Of a stretch of 64,000 bases of DNA, positions 23,575 to 36,924 are shown in pieces. The stretch lies in contig MU058213.1 of assembly GCA_013265495.1 (NCBI GenBank), forward strand, positions 6,283,149 through 6,347,148. The letters are read 5' to 3'. The DNA is from Vicugna vicugna. Taxonomy: Eukaryota. Both the position numbers and the translations under genes were made by a program. Each line of letters opens with the position of its first letter. Positions within the stretch are counted from its first letter, which is position 1. The notes beneath the pieces were generated by a model, which was not told where the DNA came from, made no database searches, and saw only the letters and a list, made by a program, of their open reading frames with translations.

Positions 23575-23740
23575 ATACAAAGAACAACAAAAAAAGCCTT
23601 AAAGAAAATATGACAAATGTTGACACTGATGGGATTCAGAGAGTAGGACCCTGGATGAGTTTTCTTTTCCTTTAACCTTTTTCTATATTTTCCAAATTGT
23701 ATCTAATGAGCAGGAATGACTTTTACAGTAAACACAGAAA
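23575..23740 (+). mobile_element. Old L1MC/L1ME 3' end
   Basis: TTTCTATATTTTCCAAATTGTATCTAATGAGCAGGAATGACTTTTACAGT. Confidence 0.55.
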
Positions 23741-24629
23741 AGAAGACAATGTTGAAGAGCAGGAGTGTGGGGGTCCAAGGCCAGGCAGGCTGCTCATCCC
23801 TTAGCTCGCCTTCCAGGAAGCCCCAAGGGAGCCTGGGCCACTGTGGTCATCTCCTTGGAAGCCGTCGCACAGTCAGTTCCGGGGAAGGAGGAATGGGTGC
23901 CCGCTGCTCCTTTTACTTAGCGAACCCTTTGTAGCTCCTGCTGTCACTCCTAGATCATCTTCAGGCCAGACTCGGCACCAGTTCCCCTCCCTCAGTCACC
24001 CTTCTCCAAAACCAACAAATCCAAAGCCATAAACAGTCTCAAATAATGGAGCGTTTACTGACTTTTCCTGAGGAAAGTTAGGCAAGTTCCTTATAACATA
24101 TGGAAAATTTCCTTAAAAACACCTTTATGTACCTCTGAGCTTGCTTCCAAGTCTCTCTCCTAGCAGCTGCTTCATCCCCTTTCTCCCCCAAATTGCCTCC
24201 TGGGGCCTGTGGTGCCTGACATCCTTCTCCATCCTCAGCTGCCACCTGCTGCCCAGTTAAAAGAAAGTCAATTGTCGGCCAAATATGAACCACCTCCTCT
24301 TTTTTAGGCAGGTCGTCAAGGCTCCTAGTTCAACTGAATTAATGAAACAGTCCCTGGAAGCTGGGTGAAACTTCCTCCCCTAGTGCTCTAAGCAGCACAG
24401 CCTTGGAAGCTAATGTAGGGTTTGTGCAAAACATGTGGCCATCGGGATGACTCCTTAATGCCAGATGCGATCTAACTACTCTTAGGAGCTAAAATAGAGT
24501 GATTTGAAGAGTGGGACAGGGGCAAGGCTGTTCAGCATGTGGGTTCAGCTGGACCACTGTGCTATGTGGGCTGTGAAGCCTTCTCTCCCAGAAGGTAGCA
24601 GAGTGAGGTGTGGGGGATTGGAGGCCCAC

Positions 24630-25000
24630 AAACCCTATGTCTGAATATTATGAAGTTGTAAATCAAGCTAACAAATCATTAAATAAAATATGTCCCATCC
24701 TCCTACCTTGACAAAAATACCTTCAGGACAACCTGGAGGTCCAGGTTTGAATTTAGAATTCTTGGACCCCTGAGAGTTCCCTGCTAGAACATGGCGGCAT
24801 GGGGAGAGCCAGCCCACCCTTCAGTCCTCACTTCAGTCCTCATCCTGCTCCCCTTGCTCTTCCCGCGCTCCACTCTGGCCCTTCCTGCATCAGCAGAGGT
24901 GCCTCACATACCCCTATGGACTCCCCAGCCCATACCTCCGAGTTTCCTCCCCACCCCGCTGTACCAACCCTTAGCTGACTCCTTAAGACTGAGGTGTGCA
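24630..25000. mobile_element. hAT-Tip100-type DNA transposon (MER115-like)
   Basis: AAAATATGTCCCATCCTCCTACCTTGACAAAAATACCTTC...GAATTTAGAATTCT recalled as a MER115-type consensus. Confidence 0.45.
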
Positions 25001-26964
25001 TAGCAGCATTGAGTCACTCTTAGAAGGACTGCTCTGGGCCTGGAAGCAAGCCTGGGGATATCTGGGCAGAGAATCCTGCGGTTTCATGTGTTCAGAAAAC
25101 AGGGGTTTGCCAAACAGTCCATTCTTCACTCATAATCTTTGTATGTCCTCCCCTCTATGATTTGAGGAAATTCAAGGTCAAGGTCACTATTAACTGCGTG
25201 TTAGGAGGCAAAGGGGTAGATTTCATGACTTCTAAACATTATTTATGTCACCCCTCTGCTGAACAGGGTGTTGGGAGAGGCCAGCAGACCATGGTCCACT
25301 CCCAGCACGTAGTGCCCTTCGGCTAGCGTCTGACAGGAAGCAAAGTGCCCCTCTGTCCTTTGCCGCTTTCTGCTTGGTCGAGATAAGCACCTAGTGGGGA
25401 AGGACCTTTAAAGGCACAGCATGTTGGCAGGAATATTTAGTTTCCCTGTTGGGTCACAAATAACCTTTCCTGTTACCTAGGGTGAAAGGCGGAGAGGGAA
25501 CACGAGGAGGGGAGCCAGAGAGGTCCAAGGGCTGGAGAAGGGTCACAGAGACAAACGGTATTACCCTAAAGTCTTCTGACCCTTCTCCATCGGGGTTCTC
25601 CCAACCATGAGACAGGGCAGCTCTGCAGGCCTTGAGTTCAGAACTGCAGATCGGGAACGGGTGGGGGCGGGGCTGAGAAGCTGAGCCGATGCCCTGGGGC
25701 TGGGTGTGCGGTGCAGCGTCTCCGTTCCTCTGACTCAGGCTGGAGGGAGACGGGTGTGCTCTGAAGGCATCCAGCTTCTCCTCTCCCATTTTTGCTACTA
25801 GGCTCCAAAAGTCTCTGCTGTGGAGGCTGGTTCCATGTGATCTCAGCCAGTAAGGATTAGACACAAAAATTCTAGAGAGAGGTTCATAAACACACAGGGC
25901 ATGAATCAAGACCTACTCTGAAGAAGAAAACGTATTAGGGTAAGGTATTTGGTGAGATGTCATGGAGGTCCTGTAGCACCTGACTTTTCTCTGAAATCTG
26001 CTCGTGTCACCTCCACCAAAAACCACACTTAGAAGGAAGTACACTCTTCTGGTTTTGACCTAAATATCATTCACTGGATACTTGCTCTGCCACCTGTACT
26101 TTCATTTCAAAAGTAAAGTTACTGGGAAGTGCCACTGGGAGTTTGGAAAGAGAAATGATATAACTCCTGAATATTATGGGGGAAACAAAATGCAGCCCAG
26201 GAGGCCAGGTTTACACTGAGTTCTCATAATAATATCATTAGGAAGCCACAGGTCACGCCATCCCTTACACAGTGGAGAGCCTGCAGCGTTTCCATAAGTG
26301 AGAGACAGAATTTGTAGAGTAAGGGAGGGGAAGAGAAGGGATGTGCAGCACTCTGTTGATAATAACAGGAAATAATAATGAAGAGAAACGCTGAGGAAGT
26401 TATCTCAGGACCTTTGTACTGAAGTCTAACCTCCAAGATCCCCCCTACGTGTGCCCAATATGACGCATAGTAAAAGGTCCCCTGATAACCACAAACCCTG
26501 AGAAAGCAAATTCAAGCACTGTAGCATCTTTTTCTCTCTGAAAAGATCTGGAACCTGCATTTTATGACATCACAGAAAGTCACAAAACATAGGTCAACCC
26601 ATCGCTTGGATTTTACAAGAAGATCAATTGACATCCATGTATGATTGCCAGATAAAGTATAGAACATCTTTTTTTGTAATTAATTTGCTAAGTCTGGCAA
26701 CCCTCCATCTGTGAGCCCCCAAATCTTCAATCATCTTTGATTTCTTGCATAATAAAAGCTTAATGTGTGACCCAGAAAACCCAAGGACATCTGAGGTCTT
26801 GGATGTCGTATGGGGCCATGCAGAAAATGAAAAGAAAAACTCCCCTTGGAAACTAGAGTGTCTCTTCCAGTTGACTTTTCCCACTGGGCGGACTTTGGTG
26901 TCATCCTTCATAGTCACATGCATCTCTGTCAGAACACCTGTTTTGACTACCAGTCAAGAAAGGA

Positions 26965-27087
26965 GGGGAAGGTATAGCTCAATGGTAGAGTGCATGTTTA
27001 ACGTGCACTAGGTCCTGGGTTCAATCCCCAGTACCGCCATTAAATAAATAAATAAATAAATGCAACCTAATCCCCCCCGCAAAAAAA
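26965..27087 (+). mobile_element. tRNA-Ala-derived camelid SINE (Vic-1 type)
   Basis: GGTATAGCTCAATGGTAGAGTGCATG...GGGTTCAATCCCCAGTACCGCCA + (TAAA)n tail. Confidence 0.9.
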
Positions 27088-27124
27088 GGGAAATATCTTA
27101 AAACCAATTAGGCAATAATACCCA

Positions 27125-27530
27125 CTCTATGAGCACCTACTATGCGCCAAGCATTGTGTTAGGTGCTTATATGCCTCCTCTTGTTTCATCCTCACTGTAT
27201 CCTTGAAGGTAAAAATTTTTTTAGCCTCAATGTAAAGATGGAGATTTGAAACTCAGAGATGTTTAAAAAAATAGGGTAGTTCCAGGTCGTATACATGGTA
27301 AGTGGAAAAGCCAGGATGATGGTGATGAAGACGACGATAATGGTGGTGATAATGAAGACAGCTAACATTTGCTGAGAATATATTATATGCCAGCCAATGT
27401 GCAGATTGTGCTATATTCATTAACTCATTCAACTGTCACAACAGCTTTTCTCCTAATTGGTACTCTAATTAACTCTATTTTAACGATGAAAAAACTCACT
27501 CACGCTTGGTCTGCTGACTCCAAAACATTG
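27125..27530 (-). mobile_element. Two adjacent MIR SINEs
   Basis: GAGCACCTACTATGCGCCAAGCATTGTGTTAGGTGCT and GCTAACATTTGCTGAG...TATATGCCAG. Confidence 0.7.
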
Positions 27531-29613
27531 ACTTTGTGGCTGGTTGGCCAGGACTGCCTTTGATCCTATCTCTCCACCCACTGGGTCCTGACGTCCCATC
27601 CCCGGTCTTCCTCTCATAGGCTGCTGAATGCATTTGTACATCCAGCTGCTTCCTGAAATGTTAACCTTGGACTTGGCTTATTGGTTCTTAGGAGGTGATG
27701 GTTGGCAAGGCCTCAGCAGGTAGATGTCAGGTTGACCAGAGTCCCCCACCTTAAATCTGGCAAATTTTGTGTTTTCAAGCCCTGAAGATACACTTCTTAC
27801 AAGTTTCATGCAGATTATACTCCCGGGAGCTGACATATAACCAGAAAAACAGCTTCAGCCCAAACGTTCTTAATCTTACCTCCAGGAAACACTTGATTTT
27901 TGCTGAGCGCAATTATAGAGAATCTTCCAGCCGGTCAAATAGACAAGTCTGGCTTTACATCAATATGGCATCTCTGGTTTCTGTCCCGTGGTACTGATGC
28001 CACAGATCCTCCTTGGCAGGTGTGCCTGCCCCTGCCTCAGTGCAAGTTCAAGGTTGCAGAGACAAATGGAGGGACGAGCAGGAACCTTCCACCCTCCCAC
28101 TTTCTCCTTATCAGCTGTGTGAAAAGGAGACCCCTTCTATGTGGGTTACAGTGTGATCCCTGGAGCCAAGTGGGTGGAAAGTTGTTAACCCGAGTGGCAT
28201 GTGCACAGTCAGTGACGGGGGAAGGGGGAGTTCATGTAACATAAGGGAGAGAAGTCATTTTGTTTGGGCTGCTCCAGCATTATTATTTTGACTTTCACTC
28301 TTTTTTTCTTTTTTTTGCATGAATTCTCTGATGACTGTACTTATACAGATGTTGCCAAGTTGGACTCTCTGACCCCTGTGCTGGAGGCTCAGCTTGCTCA
28401 CACCCTCGTGGCTACACTCTGGGGAGTGAGGCTTCTTTGTGGAGTTTTGGCTGGAGCCCTAAACAAGGAGTTCTTGTTCCAAGCTGTGGCATGTGACTGT
28501 GGTTTTAAAGCTAGAAAAGGAAAATCAGATGGAATATTACATAGTAAGTGAATAGTTATTTAAATTAATAAACAGTGGTCATCTGATAAGAGTTATTATG
28601 GCAGTTTCTGCTGGCTGAAGACAGTGAAAGTCCAAAAACCCAGCATAATGGAGACCTCAACCTGTAAGATTATCAGATTTGTCCAGACACTTGGACTTTA
28701 TTCTTTTGATAATGTGCAATCATTTTTATTTCAGATTTCTGAGAGAGTGTCCAGATTTTGTACACCTATCTAGCTCTTGGCCATTATTACTTTTGCTTGT
28801 ACTTTGAAGCCTTTATCAATAAGAGATGAGCCAACTGAAGCAGAAATTCTTGGTGTAAGGGTAGGAACCCCATCACACTGCATTTGACCTCCGAAAGGTT
28901 CTGCAGGGAGAAAAGGTGAATTAATTAGCACAGATTCACCACTAGACTCTGCTAAAGAGCGTATCACCAAAAGTCATCAATGCTGCTACAGATGAGCCGG
29001 TCTGCCCAGACACACTCACTCCTCTGATCTTACTCAAATTCGTCCTGACAGTCTGCTTCTGCAGCTAGCGATGAAGACACAAATGCTGCTATCAGGGTTT
29101 CCCAGATCGCTTTCAATATTCCAAATGCCAAACCATCGGAGTTTTTATAAATGACTTTTGATTTGCCAAACAACACACTATCAGGACATGGAGAGTAGGA
29201 GAGGCCAGTTATGGGACATCCGTGTGTGCCCCTTTTTTCCTTGTTGTCTGTGGGTTTATTGGTGGTATTATTTGACTATTCGGTCCAAGAGAAGGAAAAT
29301 GCACTAGAGGAGAAACGGGCGTAGCCCTAAGCAGGGCCCCACCTAGAGGCTGGAAACGCGAGACTGGAAAGCCACCTTTGAAGTGGTTCCTAGCACTGCC
29401 TTGGAATGAGTAGGCTTGGCTTTCTGGTTACTTCCAGGACCCTTGCAGATATGTGGGTGATCAGGTACGTTAGGTGGTGGCAACTTTGAAGCCAGCTTCA
29501 CAAGAGTGTAAACTCTAGTAGGGTGATTTTGTTCCCCTCAGATAAGCAACTAAGCGGCAATAATGCAGGGTGTAAATATTTTCATAGGGAAAAACACATG
29601 GGAGGGTCATTGG

Positions 29614-30120
29614 ATAAGTTAGGATTTGTTACATGACTGCATGTAACAAAACTACCCCCTAGAAAACCCCAAAATAACAGTGCCTTACACAGGATGGAAG
29701 TTTATTCCTCTTTTATATACACAAAACCAGGAGGTAGGCAGTGCAGAATGAATGTACAGTAGCTCCACAGAACCATCAGGAAACACTCATGATCTCTTTC
29801 CAGTTCAAATCCCTACCATCCCTGGGGTGTGGCTTTGTTTTCATGGTACAACTTGGAGCCATTATCTCCTCCATCAAACGGGGAAAGAAAGAAGGCATGT
29901 CCCCTCCCCATAAGAGCACGTCTTGGAAGTTACAGACATTTCTGCTTTCACGTCAGTGGCCAGAACTTAGCCAAATGGCCGTATCTAGCTGCAAAAAGGG
30001 CTGGGAGATGTAGTCTTTACCCTAAGCACCATATACTCAGTTTTAAAATTAGGGCTTCTAGAACTAGAAGGAGAGAAGAGAATGGATGTCGGGTGTCTAC
30101 TGTTAGTGGTCTTTGCCACA
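29614..30120 (-). mobile_element. MaLR solo LTR (MLT1J-like)
   Basis: CTGCATGTAACA...AATAACAGTG...GAAGTTTATT...GGCTGGGAGATGTAGTCTT...TGCCACA. Confidence 0.8.
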
Positions 30121-30719
30121 GACGCTGAACCCAGCCAGGGATGTCGGAATTGTCCTCCTGACGGAGGTGATGTCTGAGCACAGAATGAAATCTGACTGAG
30201 TCTCATCCAGATGACGGGGATGTGGGAGAGGAGGAAGGGAAGAGTGTTTCACGGGAGGAGGCAGCATGTGTGAGGCGTAAGGGAGAGGGAGGATGGAAAG
30301 ACACTCCTCCTGGCTGGATTACCAAGTGGAGGCAGGAGAACTCACTCCCTCATTCCCCCATCGTGTTCTCAGAGATCTGGCTCTCGCCCTTGTCTCCTGC
30401 TCTATCTGATCCTTCAAGTTTACTGAGCGTGGCCTTTCCCTTCAGGGCAGGAAGGGAAAGAGCAGACAGAACACCGTGTCCTGGTGAAGAAGGAACTTAG
30501 CTTTTTTTCCCCTCAGATTTAAGAACTGAGAATGAAGAATGAAGCATCTTCTCCAGTGAAGCATTGACGAGGCTCCAGGGTGGGTGAGAGGTGGACAGAG
30601 AGCACCCCCAGGAGGCTCTCTTCGACCCCTCCACAGCTAGGAGATAGACAACCTCCTTCCATCACTATCACAACCATGACAGGTGGGATCTGTGAACTGG
30701 GAGACCAGGGCTCACTGGG

Positions 30720-31090
30720 AGATGCAAAGCCATCTCCAAGTCAGCTTGTCCAAGACTGACTCATACTCTTACCCACCAATTCATTCCTCTCCACTGTCCC
30801 CTGTCTCCATGAACACACCTCCACACATCCCCACACTCAAGTGAGAATACGGAGTTATCTGAGCACCACCCTGTCCCCTGTCCCCCACCCCTCACATATA
30901 GCCACTCATACACCTTAATAGCTCTCACACCTGCCTCCTCCTCGCCATCTCCTCTGCCCTCTGGCTAGTCCAAGCCACTACTGCCCTCTCCTGACTTAAC
31001 CGCTGTGGCTCTCTCTGGTTGTCACTCAAACCCTATACTCTGATCACACCACACCCAGTATCATCATTTCACAGCATAAGATGCTCATGA
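30720..31090 (+). mobile_element. L2 fragment
   Basis: CATCTCCAAGTCAGCTTGTCCAAGACTGA...CTAGTCCAAGCCACTA. Confidence 0.55.
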
Positions 31091-31635
31091 TCTACCCCCC
31101 ACCCCACTACGTACATCCCCAGGGGGGCTTTCTTCCCGTGGCCGGCGCAGCGCTAAGTCCTCAGAACCACACCACTCCTGCCGCTCAGGAGCCCTTCCCT
31201 CCTGTTCTCCCTGCGGTCCAGCCACTTGGGTCAGCAGTGGGTTCCGCCATCGCTCTGCCATCCCTTCTGTCTTGGGGCTTTCCTGCAAGCCGCGTGCTCC
31301 ACCCTTCTCCCGGTGAACGCCGGTCATCTCTCTGTTCTCTGCTCTGGTTGCTGAGTGCTTCCTAAACTCCCGCTTGGCTAAGAATCGTCCTCACACGTTT
31401 CCCACGTTCCTTTCTGTGAGTACACGTGTTGCCCTGTGATTTCACAGTCGCTGCTGTGTTTCCCTGGCTGGGTCACCCACAGGGGCAGAGCCTCCAGCTG
31501 CAGCAGGGCCTTGAGGGGCGAGGGTCTTAGGAGAGCTGCCGGCCGAGACGCACCTTCGGGGTGAAGGGTTTGCTTGCATTCTTCTCTGTCCCACAACCTA
31601 CATTTGGGAACAAACCTCATACCCGTTATACTCAT

Positions 31636-31834
31636 CAGGGGTTACAAACTGGTAGCCTACAGTCCAAATTAGTCCTTAAATGTGTGTTTTGTTTGGCCAG
31701 AAGGATATTTAGATTTTTTTTTTGAACATTTGAAAATGTCAACGTTTTTTGATGTTTTGTGGCAGACAAAGTCGGCTTCTGTTGAAATGCGTGTCATCTG
31801 GCCGGCCCTTGGGAACACTGAGTTTGAGACCCCC
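31636..31834. mobile_element. hAT-Charlie element (MER102-like)
   Basis: CAGGGGTTACAAACT...TGTTTTGTTTGGCC...GAGTTTGAGACCCC terminal inverted repeats. Confidence 0.65.
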
Positions 31835-31949
31835 ATGGAGGTGGCATTGACTACGTGGGGACGTCTCGAGTGTGAGGCATGTGTCCTTGGAGTAAATGAA
31901 AACATGGATGAAAATTAGAGGCCACATTCGCAGCATGCCCAGGTTAGAT

Positions 31950-32172
31950 ACCAGAGCCCTCTCTCCATGCACACACAGAGGGAAAAGGTAAGGACACGAG
32001 GACATAGCAAGAGGTGGCCGTCTGCAAGTGGAGGGGCGAGGCCTCCCCAGAACCCAACCACGCCGGCACCTTGATCTTGGACTTCCAGCCTCCAGAACTG
32101 TGAACAAAGACATTTCTGTTGTTTAATCCACCCAGACTGGTGTTTTGATATGGCAGCCCTAACAGACAAATG
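31950..32172 (+). mobile_element. MaLR LTR 3' half (MLT1A/B-like)
   Basis: GGCACCTTGATCTTGGACTTCCAGCCTCCAGAACTGTGA...TTCTGTTGTTTAA. Confidence 0.88.
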
Positions 32173-32729
32173 CTGCCTTTCTCTGTCCAGATCCCTCTAG
32201 CTAGGAAGCCCCAGGTAGGATCTTCTTGCAGTCTGGGCAATGCAGATCTGGTTAGAGTTGCAGAGATGTTTCCAAAAAAAGAAGGAATGAGCATGCGTGG
32301 CACACAGGGAGGTCATTGATCCTTTACACGTTGAAACATTTCATGTAGTAAATTTCTTTCCCATCGTGGTAAATGTTTTCTTCAATGCCATAGGATTCAA
32401 TGTCAAAGAATTAGTGGAGATTGAATTGTTTCTAAAGGTATATTTCAACAAACAAGCAAACAGCAAATCCCATTTCTTTGGGGGGCTGGAGAGGAGGGCG
32501 CAGACACAGCCGCTGGAGAGCCAAATTGGAAAGAGAAGGCTGGAGGAGAGACCCGTCTCATCATTCCAGCAATCTGAGGTCCACCGTCCTTACTTCTTCC
32601 CACCTCAGAGAGGGCCAGGAGGATTTCTAGGTAGAAGGGGCTGTTCACTCTGGTGTGGGATTCTGTGCTAGCAGTTTGAGAAAGTTCCTGCATCCAGAAG
32701 TCTATTCTCTGCCCTGCCAGAATAATCTG

Positions 32730-33258
32730 TACATCACATCATCTGTCTCCCTTGCCCCCAAAAAGCTCCAAATAGCTTCCCATCCCACCTAGAATGAAAT
32801 CCATGTTTCCTGTGGTCAGCATGGCCAACAGGTCTGGGCCCTGACCACCCCCCTGAGCTAATCTCCTGCCACCATGCTTTCCTTTCACTCTGCTCCAGCT
32901 ACACTGGTTTCTTTCTGCTTCTTGAACGCATAGAACTCTGCCCCAGGGCCTTTGTGCATTCTCCTCCCTTGGCCAGGAATTGCCCTTCTTTAAGACCTTT
33001 GCTTCTTTTGATCCCTCAAACCTCTGCTAAAGTGTCACTTCCTCAGAGAGGTCTTCCCTGATCACCCAATCTACACCAGCCACCCTGCCTCCTGCCTACT
33101 CTATGCTTGTTAGCGTTCCTGTACAGAATCATTTGATTCCTTGCTCATTGTCTGTGTCTCCCACTAGAATATAGGATCTCTGAGGGCCAGGACTTTGTGG
33201 AGCATAGCCCTGAGCATATAGCAGGAGTTTGGTAGATGTACGTTGAATGAATGAATGA
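32730..33258 (+). mobile_element. L2 3' end
   Basis: CCCCAGGGCCTTTG...CCTCAGAGAGGTCTTCCCTGA...CCACTAGAATATA...TTGAATGAATGAATGA. Confidence 0.85.
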
Positions 33259-33579
33259 GCAGGTCAGCCTGCCAAGAACAGTGTGGGAACTGGAAGTGTG
33301 AGGGTGTGAGTGATGCAATTGTATGCCTCTTTCCTTAAGAATGACTGCTACTTCACTCTGTCCATCCTTGTCCCTAAGAATTTCAGAATAAAGTGTCCTC
33401 CACATGCAAGGAGAAGACAAGCCCTCCCTGCTGATCTGGGGACCGGCCCCCTTCCTCCCACACTGCCTCTTTCTAGAGGCAAACTCCAGTTACCCATTCC
33501 GCTCCTGGCAGTCAGATCAGACTTGACTTTTCTGGGCTCACCTGGGCATCTCTCAGGAGATAAGGACCCTTCTGCACGT

Positions 33580-34658
33580 CAGGTGGCCCAGAGCCTCTCT
33601 CCTGCATCACTTATTTCTTCTGTGATTTTATCAGGTGCCTTGTCCTGGAAGGCGTCCCTCTGCAGCCTCATCTTGTCTGTCTTTCTCTTTGTGTGTTTAG
33701 ATGGCTAGTTGTGATTCTCGCCCTTGGAGAAGTGTCCCTCTGTGAGAGACGTCCTGTGCGTCCCAGCAGTACACTCCTCTTTCGTCATCCAAGGGGCAGG
33801 GTCGAGCCGGTCCCAGGGTAGAGTCTGGCCCGTGTTTGTGGATTCCTTCCACAGGCTTTGGGATTGTTGTTTTCTTATTTCTAGTATCTGCCCCTGGTGG
33901 ATGAGGCTGGACTAGAGGCTTATGCAGGGTTCCTGGCAGGAGCTGGTGCCTGCCCACCGCTGGGTGAGGCTTGGTCCTGGACCTCTGGTGGGTAGGGCTG
34001 TGTCCAGAGGCTTTTGTGGCCCAGGAAGTCTGCTGATGGGGGGGCTGTGTTCCCACCCAGTATGTTGTTTTGCCTGAGGCTTCCCAGCCCTTAAGCCTAC
34101 AGGCTGTTGGGTGGGGCTGGGTCTTGGTGCTAATGATCCAATCAAGATGCCAGCCTCCAGGAAAGCTCAGGTAGAGCTTTCTGGAATGTCAGCAACCAGC
34201 TTTTATGTCTTCTGGGTGAGCTGCAGCCATCCCTACCTCCCCAGGAGACCTTCCAAAACCAGCAGGCAGGCCTGGCCCAGGTTCCTATGCGATCACTGTC
34301 TCTGCCCCTGGACCTGGTGCACGTGAGATCCTATGTGTGCCTCGCAGGAGAGTTAAGTCTCTGACTCCCCCAGTCCTGTGGGGCTCCTGAACTTAAGCCC
34401 CACCGGCCTTCAAAACCAGATGTCCTGGGGTTTCCTCCTCCCACTGCCGGAGCCGTGGTCTGAGGAGCCTGACATGGGGCTCAGAACTCTCACCCCTGCG
34501 GGAGGGCCTCTGCGGCTTGTTCTTTAGCTTATGGGTCACCGGGGGGAATGGAGCCCAGTTATATCATGAGCACGACCCTCCTACCTTCCTGTTGTGGTTC
34601 CATGTCAATGTTTCCAGTTGAAGCCAATCTTTTTCGCTAGGCTCCAGTCTTTTTTCAT
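33580..34658 (-). mobile_element. L1 5'UTR plus start of ORF1
   Basis: Minus strand at ~33671 encodes MRLQRDAFQDKAPDKITEEISDA, similar to L1 ORF1 N-termini (MRRQRNMFQxKEQDKTPEE); GC-rich L1 5'UTR-like sequence upstream. Confidence 0.75.
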
Positions 34659-34785
34659 GACAAAGAACATGAAAAGGAATATATATATATATATATATAT
34701 ATGTATGACTGAAACATACTGTACATTAGGAATTGACACAACATTGTAAACTGACTCTACTTCAATAAAAAAAAGAAGAAGAAAA
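34657..34785 (+). mobile_element. Short L1 3' end with A-rich tail
   Basis: ATGACAAAGAACATGAAAAGGAATATATA...TTGACACAACATTGTAAACTGACTCTACTTCAATAAAAAAA. Confidence 0.88.
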
Positions 34786-34847
34786 TAGGTACTTCATATA
34801 AATGAAATCATCCTGAATTATCTTTTGTTCTATGAGAAACTGCATTT

Positions 34848-35841
34848 TTTTAAATTGAAGTACAGTTATAATGTATCAATTTCTGCTGCACAGCACAATG
34901 TCCCAGTCATGCATATACATACATATATTCCTTTTCATATTCTTTTTCATTAAAGGTTATTACTAGATATTGAACATAGTTCCCTGTGCTATACAGAAGA
35001 AACTTTTTAAAAATCTGTTTATATATATATATATTACTATAAATATTACTTATATATAGTGGCTAACCTTTGTAAATCTCAAACTCCCAAACGTATCCCT
35101 TCCCACCCCCTTTCCCTATAACCATAGATTTTTTACTATGTCTGTGAGTCTGTTTCTGTTCTGTAGATGAGTTCATAGTGTCTCTTTTCTTTTCTTTTTA
35201 AATTCCACATATGAGTGATATCATATAGCATTTTTCTTTTTCTTTCTGGCTTACTTCATTTAGAATGATGATCTCTAGGTCCATCCATGTTGCTGCAAAT
35301 GGCATTATTTTATTCTTTTTTATGGTTGAGTAGTATTCCATTGTATAAATATACCACATCTTCTTTATCCAGTCATCTGTTGATGGACATTTAGGCTGTT
35401 TCCATGTCTTGGCTATTGTAAATAGTGCTGCTGTGAACATTGGGGTGCATGTATCTTTTCGAATTAGAGTTCCCTCTGGATACATGCCCAGGAGTGGGAT
35501 TGCTGGATCATATGGTAAGTCTATTTTTAGTTTTCTGTGGACTCTCCATACTGTTTTTCATAACGGCTGCACCAAACTACATTCCCACCAGCAGTGCAGG
35601 AGGGTTCCTTTTTCTCCACACCCTCTCCAGCATTTATCATTCATGGACTTTTGAATGATGGCCATTCTGACTGTTGTAACGTGGTACCTCATTGTAGTTT
35701 TGATTTGCATTTCTCTGATAATTAGTGATATTGAGCACTTTTTCATGTGCCTATTGGCCATTTGTATGTCTTCACTGGAAAATTGCTTGTTTAGTTCCTC
35801 AGCCCATTTTTGGATTGGGTTATTTGGGGTTTTTTTAATTA
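34848..35841 (-). mobile_element. 5'-truncated L1 (~1 kb; ORF2 C-terminus + 3'UTR)
   Basis: ORF2 remnants [19 protein letters not shown] and [37 protein letters not shown]. Confidence 0.95.
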
Positions 35842-35971
35842 AAATTGCATTTATTTTGGGAAGACTGTTTAGTTAAGTCTCATGATTCAGTTCAGAGGTG
35901 TGTACTGGACGAACGAACACAAGGAGAGAGGTACTGGACCTCCAGTTCTGCAGGAGGCCTTAAGGGAAGGC

Positions 35972-36068
35972 ATTTATTTATTTTTAGTGGAGGTGCTTGG
36001 AGTTGAACCCAGGACCTTATGCATGCTAAGCATGCACTCTACCACTGAGCTATTACCTCCCCCACCCC
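35972..36068 (-). mobile_element. tRNA-Ala-derived camelid SINE (Vic-1 type)
   Basis: TGGAGGTGCTTGGAGTTGAACCCAGGACCTTATGCATGCTAAGCATGCACTCTACCACTGAGCTA. Confidence 0.9.
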
Positions 36069-36924
36069 GCCCTGCGCCCCTCCCCACCCCTGTGCCAAAT
36101 GTGTGTTAATTGTTCCTGGCTTCTGAGAATACAGACCTAGGCACTGCCAGGCTGAAGGCAGAAAATCAAAGCGGAGGGAGGAATCCTACCTGTTGATTTT
36201 TCTGTTCTTTTATTCCTTAAAACATGTGAAATTGTTGATTTTAATCATGAACTTCTACTTGAAACAGTTTCAGGAATGGCTCTATTTAAAATAAAATACA
36301 GAGAGTGAATGAAGCCCTGCAAATCTGATTGGAAAAAAACGTGATCCAAAGCCACATCCTACCCTGTAAGGAAGCTCCTCCCTGAAAGGGGAATGAAGAA
36401 CTCAATAGCAAAGAGTCAACTCTCTTTCATTCCTGCCCCCAAATCCCACTCATTCTGGCCAGAAAAACTTGCAATATACATTTCTGCTCCAGACCTTGAC
36501 CTCCTGCCTCTCGACCCTCCATTACTTCTGAGATGTCTTTCTCTGGGGTTCCTATCCACGGTGGAGAGACAAATGAGGGAGCTGAATCCCTTCTTTCCTC
36601 CAGGCCATCATCCCTGTTCCTCTGGAAGAAATGCCCACTCCGCCCAGAGAGAGAACAAAACCCCATACTTCATGACCACATGGTCCATCCCAACCCCTCT
36701 CATAACCGTTTCTCTTCTCACCAGGAGCAAAGCATCTTCACAGGTGGGGAGGCAACCCCAGGCTCCCGGAGCCCCCAGGGCAAGGTGATGCTCTCCCCTC
36801 TCTCTCAGGGATGCTCTTTTCTTCACCAAGACAGACCTGAAAACAAGCCAGTTTTAAGTTTTATTTGTAAACTTCTCTAGTGCCAGACCTGGAGGGAAAC
36901 AGCAACCATAAAGTTAACAACAGT

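Noticed and set aside
23289..23675. Repeat array as a CRISPR array or a repetitive protein gene
   Set aside because: Head-to-tail repeats with no spacers in mammalian DNA; the ORF is open only because the unit lacks stops
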